Sequence record: LT598654.1
Reading direction: 5' to 3' (one strand)
Length of the DNA stretch: 64,000 nucleotides
The notes beneath the pieces were generated by a model. The model saw nothing but the letters and a program-made list of their open reading frames with translations, was not told the DNA's origin and made no database searches. Below, piece after piece: positions 19,058-28,544 of this stretch. The translations under genes and the position numbers were made by a program. The first letter of the stretch is position 1. Every line of letters begins with the position of its first letter.

Positions 19058-19860
19058 TATTCTAATACCAAATAAGTTAATGTCATCTTAGGCGTTGCCG
19101 GAGCATCACCCATGTTAGTAAACCTGAAATACAGAGTACTAGAAACTGCTTCGTCTAGGTTAGACATAAAGCTGAATCGTCTTCTGAAATCCTGTGTTCC
19201 GTCTGACAGGTCTGTGATACCTTCATCCACAAAACGAGCAGGAGAAGATATAAACGTGAACGGGTTATTGTCATCGTAGTTGATGTTGGTGAAGCCTTCA
19301 ACTTTAATATCAAAAGCATTTAGCTCTAACTTCAACATCATTATCGTTTTACCGATATTGGTTAAAGAGAACTCATGTACACCACCGCTTTCTATCTGCT
19401 CGGTAGCTGTGTACTCTACAATTGAGCGCACACCTTGATTAGATAATTGGTCTGTCCAAAAGGGATTACCTTCTGAATCCAGCCCTAGCACTTGACCTAC
19501 TTCACCACCCTCAGGAAGAATACGACCTTGATCAATAGTAAGCCTGTTGTCACCGATTATAGCAAGAGGAGATTCCACTTGATAGTCTACACCAAACTTT
19601 AGTTCTTCCCAAGTCTCTTTATCTTCAAGGAGTTTATAGATTAGGTCTTCTTCGATAATGTAAGCAAGCATACCCTGCTTACGTGCATCAAGTTGCGCTA
19701 TAAGACCGTTGAACGATTTAGTCTTTGCATCCGCTGTCCATTGATCCCGGTCGGCACCGGATTCGAAAACCCGGTAGCCGCCTTTCAGATACGAATCTTC
19801 CAAAAGGAAGGGAGTGTTAGAGGAAGAAGGAGCAAAGAAGCTAGTTACCGAAATCGGCAT
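19057..19860 (-). CDS. Putative tail-fibre-associated structural protein (267 aa)
   Basis: N-terminal EDSYLKGGYRV...RD...RKQGMLAY pattern typical of phage fibre/collar proteins; ILPEGGEVGQVL fibre-like motif; genomic context. Confidence 0.55.
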   Translation of the reverse strand: MPISVTSFFAPSSSNTPFLLEDSYLKGGYRVFESGADRDQWTADAKTKSFNGLIAQLDARKQGMLAYIIEEDLIYKLLEDKETWEELKFGVDYQVESPLAIIGDNRLTIDQGRILPEGGEVGQVLGLDSEGNPFWTDQLSNQGVRSIVEYTATEQIESGGVHEFSLTNIGKTIMMLKLELNAFDIKVEGFTNINYDDNNPFTFISSPARFVDEGITDLSDGTQDFRRRFSFMSNLDEAVSSTLYFRFTNMGDAPATPKMTLTYLVLE

Positions 19861-19875
19861 AGAGCCTCCTAACTA

Positions 19876-22356
19876 TTATGAATTACCACTACCTGACGAG
19901 GTATTGTATGTCAGTTCCCAAGTAATTGGGTTATCACCTAATGGAGCATCTGGTGAGTAGACGTAATACGTTTGACCTGCAATAGTAACTTCTGCTGTAG
20001 CGAACTCAGCATCACCACCTTGAGTAACTGCACCTGCATCCCAACCACCTGACAAATTAGTGCCGGTGTTAACAATGTAGATATGAGCAAGTGAAGCAGG
20101 AATCATAATGTATGGAGTATCCTCATACATATCATTCAAGTCACCAGGTGTAGTGAACTGCTCACCGTTAGTTCCAGCAAGCTCATTAGTCAGAGCGTTG
20201 TAGAATTCTTCGGTAGCAAAGTCGGCTTGCGTATTAGCCCGTGTGGTTAGACCCCAGCGAGGACTGATAGTTAAGTCTTCGGCTACAAGTTCAAGTGAAT
20301 CATTCACAGTAGTACCATTCTCAGTGTAAGAACCGTTGACTGTAATAGAACCAGATACTGCACCGTAAAGAACATCGTTACTGTTAGCACCTGTGAATGT
20401 AGAACCTTGTGCGTCACCGTTGAAGGCAACAGAAAGGTCAGGGCTAGCTTTAACGTTTGCGGTACTTCCGTCACTATAACCAACAGTGTAGGTGATTACA
20501 ACCGTATCGTTTTCTGCAAACTCTGTAGCACCACCACTAACTGCCATAGTCAATGAGGTAGGTACTGCTGCAACGATAGTTAAGTTGTGCGTATCGCTTA
20601 CTGTAACGCCGTCGATAGTCTTCTCTGCGCTAATGGTAACAGGCTGATCTGTATCAACAGAACCTGCTGTAAGAACACCAGTTGCATTGATAGACGCATA
20701 CGTACCACCAGAATCAACAGCCCAAGTTGCATCAGTGAAGTCTTGGGTAGAAGCATCATCATAGGTAACACGTAGGATGTAGTTAGAGGTTGCACCTTCA
20801 CTAACATTGGTAGCACCAACAATTGCAGCAGATACCGCAGCAGGTGGGTTGTTAGTGAGGATAACGTCTTTAAATCCTGTAACGGTACGTCCGTATTCAG
20901 TAAAGGTCGCTTCAAGGCGAACAGTCTGATCAGAATCCAATGAACCTGCGGTTAAGTCGTAACCTGACAGTGTTGAATAAGTGCTACTCAACTGGATGAA
21001 CGAATCAGGTGTAGCAGGCTGTACTTCTGAACCATCAGAGTATACCAGCTTGAATGAATACGTTGTTGTGCTTGTTTCACCTAACGTATCTGCACCGATA
21101 ATAACGATTTCAGTAACAAGAGGATCCAAGTCAACGATAGTAACAACCTTATCGGCAGTAACCGTAACACCGTCGTAAGTGTAGCTTGCTGAGAGCGTGG
21201 TATTCTTATCACCGCCGTTAACTTCCTGTGCAGTAAGTAAAGCAGTAGAATTAACCGTAGCATAACTAGTCAAAGAACTGGTTACGCTATCTGCAACAAC
21301 ATCGCTGGTTGAACTGTCAGAGTAGGTTGCTCGGATGATGTATTGTGACGTAGTGTTTTCGTCAACTTCATCAGCACCAATGATTTCCAAGCTAACAACT
21401 TCAAGACCTGTTGTAACAGTAATATCTTTGGTTGCGTTAGCTGTAATCCCTTCGTGCGTGTATGACGCAGAAAGAGTCAGAGGTGTATTGTTGGTAACGT
21501 TAAACGTTTCGATGTTACCTGCTGTATCAATAGAAGCAACGGCTGGCGTACCTGAGGTAAACGTAGTAGGCGTAACAACAGAAGTTGTACCGTTCGCAAA
21601 GTAAGCAGTAACCGTGTAAAGCTGACCAGAAGTTTTTTCTTCTACTGAATTTGGTCCATTGATAACAATAGCAATCAATGAATCATCTTCTTCGATAATG
21701 TCTTCCTCTGTAATGAACTTCCAAGAAGCAATCCATTCGTTTGGATTTTCAAGGTTCTGTCCAATAAGAACAAGCATCATACCTTGCTGAGGTGGCGCAC
21801 TGGTATCAACCAACGCATATTCGTTAGCGTTGATTTTAATCATGGTACGCGGATAATCAGGATGCGTATGTTGAGTAGGATAACGTTCGTCAGTGTTTCG
21901 AGGATCGCTATGAGACACAACACGCGACTCAACCTCAGGAGCACTTAACACAACCAAACCGTGTGATGTACGGGTAGCAGGACCAGTTTCTTCAAACGCA
22001 GTAGTAATACCGTGAAGTCGAGGGTCTTCTACAACAGACAGGTAATACTGGTCTTCAACCCATAAGTCTTCATAGGTTGCAACCGTAGCCCAAGTGTTTG
22101 AATACAAGCCGCTATCCGAATGGCTAGTACGTTTAAGTACAGTACCGAACGCAGGGTGGTCTGAGTCGCCAGGAATCCAAAGAACGTTGTAAGGTAACTG
22201 GCTAAACGTAGGTTCAGTCATAGCAACTACAACAATGAATGTGCGATTAGGCTTTGCATTGTCTGGTTGTATGGTGAACTTGATTGGTGTTACGCTATCA
22301 AGGTTTCGGAACCCTGCAAGCGTAAGGTAATTTTCGATAAAAGTTGTTAAATCCAT
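19876..22356 (-). CDS. Ig-like repeat (Big_2-type) virion fibre protein, paralog family B
   Basis: Five approx. 90-aa repeats (I.G...v.E.....Y...atY.DgSt); N-terminal domain shared with the two upstream genes. Confidence 0.8.
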   Translation of the reverse strand: MDLTTFIENYLTLAGFRNLDSVTPIKFTIQPDNAKPNRTFIVVVAMTEPTFSQLPYNVLWIPGDSDHPAFGTVLKRTSHSDSGLYSNTWATVATYEDLWVEDQYYLSVVEDPRLHGITTAFEETGPATRTSHGLVVLSAPEVESRVVSHSDPRNTDERYPTQHTHPDYPRTMIKINANEYALVDTSAPPQQGMMLVLIGQNLENPNEWIASWKFITEEDIIEEDDSLIAIVINGPNSVEEKTSGQLYTVTAYFANGTTSVVTPTTFTSGTPAVASIDTAGNIETFNVTNNTPLTLSASYTHEGITANATKDITVTTGLEVVSLEIIGADEVDENTTSQYIIRATYSDSSTSDVVADSVTSSLTSYATVNSTALLTAQEVNGGDKNTTLSASYTYDGVTVTADKVVTIVDLDPLVTEIVIIGADTLGETSTTTYSFKLVYSDGSEVQPATPDSFIQLSSTYSTLSGYDLTAGSLDSDQTVRLEATFTEYGRTVTGFKDVILTNNPPAAVSAAIVGATNVSEGATSNYILRVTYDDASTQDFTDATWAVDSGGTYASINATGVLTAGSVDTDQPVTISAEKTIDGVTVSDTHNLTIVAAVPTSLTMAVSGGATEFAENDTVVITYTVGYSDGSTANVKASPDLSVAFNGDAQGSTFTGANSNDVLYGAVSGSITVNGSYTENGTTVNDSLELVAEDLTISPRWGLTTRANTQADFATEEFYNALTNELAGTNGEQFTTPGDLNDMYEDTPYIMIPASLAHIYIVNTGTNLSGGWDAGAVTQGGDAEFATAEVTIAGQTYYVYSPDAPLGDNPITWELTYNTSSGSGNS

Positions 22357-22357
22357 C

Positions 22358-23374
22358 TTACGCTTCCTCTACTAAGTACTCGCGCTGAACCGTTACAGTT
22401 CGCGTACTATCGGTATCTACAATAGATGCTTGTAAAACAACAGGGCCTGGCGTATTAAACGTAACTGTATTACCTACTACATTAGCTGCACCACTGATTA
22501 CAGTAATCTGAGTAGGTACAAACCAACCAGAGAAAACAGTTTCGCTCATAGCGTTTTCAGCCCAAACAGGCATAACTAAAGGCAGTGACGTTCCTACAGG
22601 CAGAGTGTAACTAAAGTTTGCTCCGTACAGAGTAGAACCTGAGTTAGCCTGACCTCTAAGGATAATATCACCCGATAAAGGAGGAATGCTCAGAGCAGAC
22701 GGATCAAGAATCTGCGCAGTTGCCAACTCAGTAACGTTAGGGTAAATATGATTCGAAGTAACCGTACCCCAACTGCTGTTCCCTTGGAAGTCTGCAATCA
22801 TACCTGCATTAGTTGCAGGTGAACCCGACGAAATAACAACAGCATCACCTGTGGTAGCTAATCGCGTTGCAGGTATTTCAGAGTGCATTTCGTCATGAGG
22901 TAATGGGTCACGCGAGTTCGTAAGCGTGTCATCGCCTTCTGTGATAACAATCGGGTCTTCTGGATTAACAGGCGCTACTGTTAAACGTACAATACCGAGA
23001 TTACCTGTACCTGCTTCGCCAGTGGCAGGTAGAATATCATCTAAAGGATCCCAATACTGAGCATCCCACAGGTCTTCGTATTGAGTAACTTCAATCCAAC
23101 TTTGAGTAAAAATACCTTCAGGGTCAGGAGACTTAGAATCTCTACGGAACACCTTCTTGTAGTAAGAACCTGTGTTGTCGAAGTTAATCCACAGAACGTT
23201 AAGCGGTAATATCAAAGAAGTAGGTTCAGTACTTGACGCAACGATTGTGGTGGTTTGGTTTAGAGTCGGGTTTGTTTTACGCACAACTCTTGGTCCGTTC
23301 GCGTTTGCAATGTCAGTGTAAGAACCGACATATTCAACAAGGTCGCGGAGCTTCTGTGTAATTTCATCAGCCAT
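22358..23374 (-). CDS. Putative tail fibre/structural protein, paralog family B (about 338 aa)
   Basis: Likely start MADEITQK (ATG 23372-23374) after SD AGGAA; the track start at 23566 overlaps the upstream gene. Motif EPT...PLNVLWI...KVFRR. Confidence 0.75.
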   Translation of the reverse strand: MADEITQKLRDLVEYVGSYTDIANANGPRVVRKTNPTLNQTTTIVASSTEPTSLILPLNVLWINFDNTGSYYKKVFRRDSKSPDPEGIFTQSWIEVTQYEDLWDAQYWDPLDDILPATGEAGTGNLGIVRLTVAPVNPEDPIVITEGDDTLTNSRDPLPHDEMHSEIPATRLATTGDAVVISSGSPATNAGMIADFQGNSSWGTVTSNHIYPNVTELATAQILDPSALSIPPLSGDIILRGQANSGSTLYGANFSYTLPVGTSLPLVMPVWAENAMSETVFSGWFVPTQITVISGAANVVGNTVTFNTPGPVVLQASIVDTDSTRTVTVQREYLVEEA

Positions 23375-23390
23375 ATTATGTTTCCTAATC

Positions 23391-24035
23391 TTAAGCCAAA
23401 TCGTTTTCGTTAATCTTGCGCCAAATAAGATTACCTGAGCTATCGTGCAATAAGGCTTTACCCACTTCTGGAACACTATCCAAAATAGACGAGTGTCCAG
23501 TAGCGTGTGACAACATAGTAGCAGGTTTTTCGGGGTGCGTGTGAGCATTCGGTACACGAGGATCACTTAATCGCGGGTCACCCTCTACTACAGCAACAGG
23601 TGCATCGGGGTCAAGAGGATCAGCACTTAATCGAACTTTACCTGCATCAACCACTGTAGCAAAAGGAACAGGGCTGATACCGATTAAAGTCAAATCGTCA
23701 GGGTCATACGTTTGCGCTTGGAATACGTCTTCGTAGAAATAAAGAACATCCCAGCTTTGCGTAATACCTTCAGATGCAAATATACCTGCATCTTTTGAAG
23801 TGCGCTTTAACACTTGTCTGTACAAGTTAGATTCTGGCTTAAAACAGATCCAAACCACATCAATAGGTAGAACCATGTTTATTGGCTCTACCTGGCTGCA
23901 AACAATAGCTACGGTTCTATTCGTAGCCGTGTCTGTATGTCGCATCACAATCGGAGTATCTTCTGACTGTTCTTTAATGTCAGAAAGAAACTCCAAAGTT
24001 TTGATCAGCGTATCAAGTTTTGATTCCATAGGCAT
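23391..24035 (-). CDS. Putative tail fibre/structural protein, paralog family B (214 aa)
   Basis: EPINMVLPIDVVWI...QVLKR and GDPRLSDPRVPNAHTH, a motif common in phage fibres; immediately downstream of the sheath. Confidence 0.7.
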   Translation of the reverse strand: MPMESKLDTLIKTLEFLSDIKEQSEDTPIVMRHTDTATNRTVAIVCSQVEPINMVLPIDVVWICFKPESNLYRQVLKRTSKDAGIFASEGITQSWDVLYFYEDVFQAQTYDPDDLTLIGISPVPFATVVDAGKVRLSADPLDPDAPVAVVEGDPRLSDPRVPNAHTHPEKPATMLSHATGHSSILDSVPEVGKALLHDSSGNLIWRKINENDLA

Positions 24036-24038
24036 TAG

Positions 24039-25679
24039 TTAGGCCTCCGTTGCTCTCGAACCTGTTGGGTTAATATTAAACACAACATGGATTCGTTTAG
24101 CTGCGATAACCGGGTCAAACACCATATCAAGAACAAGGTCACCGTTAGCGATTGTGTCGTTGGTATTGTTTCTATCGTCACACACGTTTTGGTATTCGTA
24201 AACACCGCGTCCGCGCCGGATAGGTTCAAGGATACTGTCAGCAGTTGCCTTAACACGATCACGTAAAACAGAATCGTTTGGATTAAACACGCTAGACAGA
24301 GTGCTTGCCTTAGCACGTTTAAGTACGTAGTTAACCAATCGTACAACGTTAACATACTGGAAGCTGGTTGCGGTAGTCTGGGTAGTTTGTTGACCCCAGA
24401 TAACATAACTACCATCACGCATTTTGCGGATAGGGTTAATCTGCGCCATGTCCAAGCTATCACGAGCACCTTGATCGTATTGAACACGTACACCAAGAAC
24501 GTCCAGCGTACCTAAATCGATACCAGCAGGAGCAAACCAAAGGGCGCGAGTAGAGTCAGCTTTAGCAAAAGCGGCTGCAACGTAACCACTGGGTGGTACA
24601 TAGACTTCAAGGTCATTTTCATAATCGTACACCTTAATGTCGGCGCTGTACAAGGCAGAGTAGTAACTACTGAGGTTCAGAATGTTACGCTTGTAGTTAA
24701 CTGCATCAGCTACTTCCTGCATATCACTTGGCATATCAAGGATTGCAATAGCATCACCGCGACCTTCCGCAATAGAGTTCAATGCGTGGTGTATAGTGTA
24801 ATGAGTATAACCACCGTTAACCAGAATATCCACTTCGATTTCTTCTGGGTCTGAATACAGATCCCAGGCATCGATGATTTGATTTTCCGTAGGAGGTAAG
24901 CCGTCATCACCGCCGTCCAAAATACAGCTAGCAGTATTAACGATTGGAATCTCAGGACAGAACTCGTTGTTACGAACACGTACAATGTTTGATTTTTTAT
25001 TGATAACGTCTTCGATGAAAAGCTGTGTACCTTCTTCGTCTGTCTCTTGGTGTCTGGTAACCAAGAAGCTTTCGTCAGGTTGAACCTGAGCACCAGCTTT
25101 AGACAGGTAAACATCTACGTAGAACTTGAGAGGGTCATGACCGTTACCACGTAAAGCAACACCAGGAGGATTAGACGGACGGATTTCGATAACGATACCG
25201 TTGTTCCAGTCACCAGGGTTAGCAGCACAGAAGTAACCGAGAATGTTTCCAACACCAGGAGTTGTAGGAGTAAAGCCCAGTGAATTCAGTGGGTCGTTAG
25301 CACCTTCTGGATTGTTGGTAGTAGGGTTCTTCCAAACACTCAAAGCAAGTTGAGGGTCTTGTGCATTGGTATCATCCGTAGTGAAGTAAGAACCCGCAGT
25401 AAGGGCTCCGTTAACCACACGGGTTACGTAACAACGGCTTGATTGATTTAAGAAAGGTTCGACAGAGTAAGCCATATAACCATATTCAGTTCCACCGAAC
25501 CCGAACGTGGCTTTATAGTTAGCAAAATCTGTGATAAGGGTCCGTTCACCAACAGGCCCTTTAGGTGTAGCACCGACGAATGCAGCAACAGAGGTCGCTA
25601 CGTTAGCAGGACGCTCACTGAGGTCTTTTACGTAACCGTAGACGCCTGGTGCTGGATTGGATGGATTTATAGTTGACAT
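24039..25679 (-). CDS. Contractile tail sheath protein
   Basis: APGVY, SVAAFVG.TPKGP, PPSGYVAA, WFAPAG, QINPI, IWGQ.T, VNVVRL, FNPND and D.RNNT are canonical sheath motifs. Confidence 0.95.
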   Translation of the reverse strand: MSTINPSNPAPGVYGYVKDLSERPANVATSVAAFVGATPKGPVGERTLITDFANYKATFGFGGTEYGYMAYSVEPFLNQSSRCYVTRVVNGALTAGSYFTTDDTNAQDPQLALSVWKNPTTNNPEGANDPLNSLGFTPTTPGVGNILGYFCAANPGDWNNGIVIEIRPSNPPGVALRGNGHDPLKFYVDVYLSKAGAQVQPDESFLVTRHQETDEEGTQLFIEDVINKKSNIVRVRNNEFCPEIPIVNTASCILDGGDDGLPPTENQIIDAWDLYSDPEEIEVDILVNGGYTHYTIHHALNSIAEGRGDAIAILDMPSDMQEVADAVNYKRNILNLSSYYSALYSADIKVYDYENDLEVYVPPSGYVAAAFAKADSTRALWFAPAGIDLGTLDVLGVRVQYDQGARDSLDMAQINPIRKMRDGSYVIWGQQTTQTTATSFQYVNVVRLVNYVLKRAKASTLSSVFNPNDSVLRDRVKATADSILEPIRRGRGVYEYQNVCDDRNNTNDTIANGDLVLDMVFDPVIAAKRIHVVFNINPTGSRATEA

Positions 25680-25772
25680 TAATAAACTCCCTAAAAGGAA
25701 TATGGCATTAAGTATAAGAACGTAAATATGCTCTTATAATAAAATTATAAACTTTAAGGGAGTTATCAATCT
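25680..25772 (-). promoter_or_regulatory. Structured 5' leader of the sheath gene that sequesters its Shine-Dalgarno sequence
   Basis: Minus-strand RNA: AACUCCCUUAAAG (25764-25752) pairs with CUUUUAGGGAGUU (25697-25685) at 12 of 13 positions. Inner stem UAUAAGAGC/GUUCUUAUA (25738-25713) has 9 bp. Confidence 0.7.
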
Positions 25773-26564
25773 TTATGGGAAGAGGAGGCTCTGGACTGAG
25801 GCTATCTGAATTAGCTCTTTTTCTGCTTTTTCTGGGTAAGCAACACACTTGGATTTTAAAGCTTCTATACTAAAGTCTAAAAGCTCGTTAGTTAATTGAA
25901 CCTTGAAGTTGGCTAAAATAGATTTAATGGCATCGGTAACACGTTTGTCTACCAGCACACTATCAACGAAGTGCAAGGCTACAGACTTCCTAACACAACT
26001 CAAACATTCACCGCACTCTCCAAGAGTATCAGCATCAACATGATAACAACTACGGCTATACTTACCTACAGACTCTAGCAATGATACAAATGCGTCCATT
26101 CCAAATCGGTCACAGTAACCTAACAGGTAACCTGCTTTGGTGGATGAAACGTAAGGTCGCTGTATATTAAACTTAGATGCACCATGTTTGGTCTGAGAAG
26201 AATCCTCACCAAACAAGTCAAGTACCGCAGTCGCTTTATTAAAGAAATCGTCGGTACTGTCCTGAGCAATATCTGCCTGTGTACTTCCAATGTAAATGCT
26301 GTCACCATAGGTAGCAGCAGCCAACAACAAGAACATGTTACGGAAAGGTAGAATCTTATTGGTTAGTTCAAACTGTGCTAAGTTTAGGTCAACGACTTCC
26401 ACGTAAGGTTGGATAAAAGGATCGCTAGATATTAGATTTAACTCTGTGCGATTCTCGTGCGTACCAATGTCAAAAGCTAGAAGCTTAATATCAGTCTGCG
26501 AGTTTAACAAGGTACGTGCAAGCACAAAGCTATCCAGTCCGCCTGAGTAAAGCATTGTTTTCAT
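25773..26564 (-). CDS. queC: 7-cyano-7-deazaguanine synthase (QueC)
   Basis: PP-loop SGGLDS, PFRNMFLL, D...DF, and Zn site SCY...CGECLSC. Confidence 0.88.
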   Translation of the reverse strand: MKTMLYSGGLDSFVLARTLLNSQTDIKLLAFDIGTHENRTELNLISSDPFIQPYVEVVDLNLAQFELTNKILPFRNMFLLLAAATYGDSIYIGSTQADIAQDSTDDFFNKATAVLDLFGEDSSQTKHGASKFNIQRPYVSSTKAGYLLGYCDRFGMDAFVSLLESVGKYSRSCYHVDADTLGECGECLSCVRKSVALHFVDSVLVDKRVTDAIKSILANFKVQLTNELLDFSIEALKSKCVAYPEKAEKELIQIASVQSLLFP

Positions 26565-26566
26565 AT

Positions 26567-27355
26567 CTATTCCTCGAATGAAAAATCGAACTCTTGGTAC
26601 TTACCTTTTAAAGTATCAAGAATGTTTTGCTTCTCCTTGATCTTCTTAAGGTAGAACTCAATGGATGTTTTAATAATAGAAGCATGAGAGTCCTTAGCAA
26701 CTTCCATTCCATGAGTCTCATATATCTTTACAACAAAGTGAAATTCATCCTCAGCGAAAGCTTTAATGATACCAGTCAATGTTTCTATTTCAAACTTTAG
26801 GGCATCGATCTGTTCGTCTAAAGATAATAATACCTGTACTTCGGATACCGACTCCAAAGCTTTTTCTACATCCTTGATGTGCTTAGCGCGTTTCTTTTTA
26901 TCGTTAAGCAAGTTCAGGATTTCTACAAGAGCCTGATGGTCATACGCCTTGTACGCACCGTGAGCCTGGTGATAAAACGTAACAAGCTTAGAGTTGCCTA
27001 CCTTGTCTGGGTGGCATATATTGCTAATCTTCTTAAAGAGTTTCTTACAGGCAGTCTTAACCTTCTCGCTTACTTCACGAATTTCGGGTTCGTACTCAGG
27101 TTCAGGCTGTTTAGGTTCGGGTTTAGGTTGCTTGCTGCGCTTCTCATACTCTATGTCGGTACACAGGTCTTGGTAATACGCTTTTAGCTGTTCACACCTT
27201 TCTATAAGAGCAGTATTGGATTCAAGCATTACCTTCAACAATGAATCTTTTAACTCGGTGTAGTTCAGGATAGTTTCGTTAAGACTATCCCGCTCTGCCT
27301 CAAAGCGCATCAAGTCAAAGTGTGTGTAGTTGAACCCATGTAATACTGGTAACAT
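26567..27355 (-). CDS. J-domain (DnaJ type III) protein
   Basis: KKLFKKISNICHPDKVG...FYHQAHGAY contains the HPD motif in a helix II-loop-helix III context, flanked by coiled coils and a KQPKPEPKQPEPE linker. Confidence 0.75.
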   Translation of the reverse strand: MLPVLHGFNYTHFDLMRFEAERDSLNETILNYTELKDSLLKVMLESNTALIERCEQLKAYYQDLCTDIEYEKRSKQPKPEPKQPEPEYEPEIREVSEKVKTACKKLFKKISNICHPDKVGNSKLVTFYHQAHGAYKAYDHQALVEILNLLNDKKKRAKHIKDVEKALESVSEVQVLLSLDEQIDALKFEIETLTGIIKAFAEDEFHFVVKIYETHGMEVAKDSHASIIKTSIEFYLKKIKEKQNILDTLKGKYQEFDFSFEE

Positions 27356-27367
27356 AATTCACCTTAT

Positions 27368-27393
27368 ACAAGACTAGGGGCAAACGCCCCTAG
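27368..27393 (-). terminator. Probable intrinsic terminator or stable hairpin
   Basis: CTAGGGGC-GTTT-GCCCCTAG (8-bp stem, 27374-27393) followed by an imperfect U-rich TCTTGT. Confidence 0.6.
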
Positions 27394-27396
27394 AAT

Positions 27397-27612
27397 TTAA
27401 CAAGTTTCTTTTACAAGCTGACCGATTTCGCAATCGAGTAACTTTTGAATGTCTGCGGGAACTGTATTTCGGGCAGACAGGTGTTTTCTTAACCAATGAA
27501 GGTTAGCACCATGTTTGTCCACGTACCGTCTGTTCTTAGGTAGATCGATAGATTCACCTTGTAAGAACGCATTCAATTTTTCGAGTTTCGTCGCTGCTAC
27601 TGCTGTAGTCAT
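27397..27612 (-). CDS. Hypothetical protein (71 aa)
   Basis: SD AAGGAA upstream; hairpin directly after the stop. Confidence 0.7.
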   Translation of the reverse strand: MTTAVAATKLEKLNAFLQGESIDLPKNRRYVDKHGANLHWLRKHLSARNTVPADIQKLLDCEIGQLVKETC

Positions 27613-27623
27613 TATTGTTCCTT

Positions 27624-28544
27624 CTAGCTTGCTGATGAAACACGTAACTCCAGGCGTGTTGGGGATACCGCTACTGGAAATACGCGAGTAAAAGATTTCC
27701 GCTCTTTAATACGCGAAACATTATTAATACCAGTCATTTGCATACTTCCAGTATACACATCACTCGGTACGTGTTTTTGATTAGAGATACCTAACCAGTC
27801 GTTGAAGATGGTGAACGCTGTCTTTTCATCATCTTCGTAGTCGATGCCTATAATCTCTGCACCGCGATATGTCACGTTACCTTTACCTATAACTTCGATA
27901 GCAGGTACATTGAATCGTTCTTTAATGAACGGAGGCATTGCGATAGTAAGTACCACGCCTTCAACAATTTTGCTGTTTCGCAGTTTTGATAACAGAGAGA
28001 AGTATTCAACGACACCTTCATTAGGAGTAGAACCTGACTTACCAAAGTGTTCGTAAAGGTACTCTGCTTGTTGCAGGATGTTTTCACCAATCACAGTACC
28101 GATAGCTTCGTACTCTGGAGTACCCGCACGTTTCTCCAACTGACTTGCCACTTCTTTGACCCAACGAGTTTCGCGTGTACCCATGCGACGATTAATAGCT
28201 TCACTAGGTTCAATACAGTCAATACCGTAGTCTTCATACAGGTTACGCGCCAATTCTGCAATGTGCTCAACACTAGGCTTATCTTCTAAAAGCTCTTTGT
28301 TTAGCAGACGTACACATTCAGAATACCAAGCCGATTCGTATTCACCTACAGAGAACACAGTCATAGTAGGCATTGGTGTACGCATGTTTTTCACGAACTT
28401 GAAGTAGTACGGAGTAAATCGAGGGATTGAATTTCTCAACACCATCTGCTTACCATCAATAGCTACGTCACGCACGTAATGAAGTTTTGAAATACCTGTT
28501 TTATCACGATACCAGGTATTAAGTTCGAAAGTGTTAGTTTCCAT
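27624..28544 (-). CDS. Hypothetical protein (about 306 aa), translationally coupled to folE
   Basis: Likely start METNTF (ATG 28542-28544) overlaps the folE stop by 11 nt; no motif recognised. Confidence 0.7.
   Translation of the reverse strand: METNTFELNTWYRDKTGISKLHYVRDVAIDGKQMVLRNSIPRFTPYYFKFVKNMRTPMPTMTVFSVGEYESAWYSECVRLLNKELLEDKPSVEHIAELARNLYEDYGIDCIEPSEAINRRMGTRETRWVKEVASQLEKRAGTPEYEAIGTVIGENILQQAEYLYEHFGKSGSTPNEGVVEYFSLLSKLRNSKIVEGVVLTIAMPPFIKERFNVPAIEVIGKGNVTYRGAEIIGIDYEDDEKTAFTIFNDWLGISNQKHVPSDVYTGSMQMTGINNVSRIKERKSFTRVFPVAVSPTRLELRVSSAS

Noticed and set aside
23375-23566. N-terminal extensions in the track for 22358..23566, and likewise for 17596..18072, 27624..28622 and 30155..30937
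   Set aside because: The extensions overlap upstream genes out of frame. Internal ATGs with an SD or stop-start coupling are more plausible.
25744-25772. Canonical sigma70 promoter for the sheath gene
   Set aside because: TATAAT is present, but the nearest TTGATA is only 14 nt upstream, so the spacing does not fit.
25773-26564. QueC as part of a Qat or CBASS-type defence system
   Set aside because: folE and queE are nearby and no defence partners are seen, so preQ0 biosynthesis is the simpler reading.
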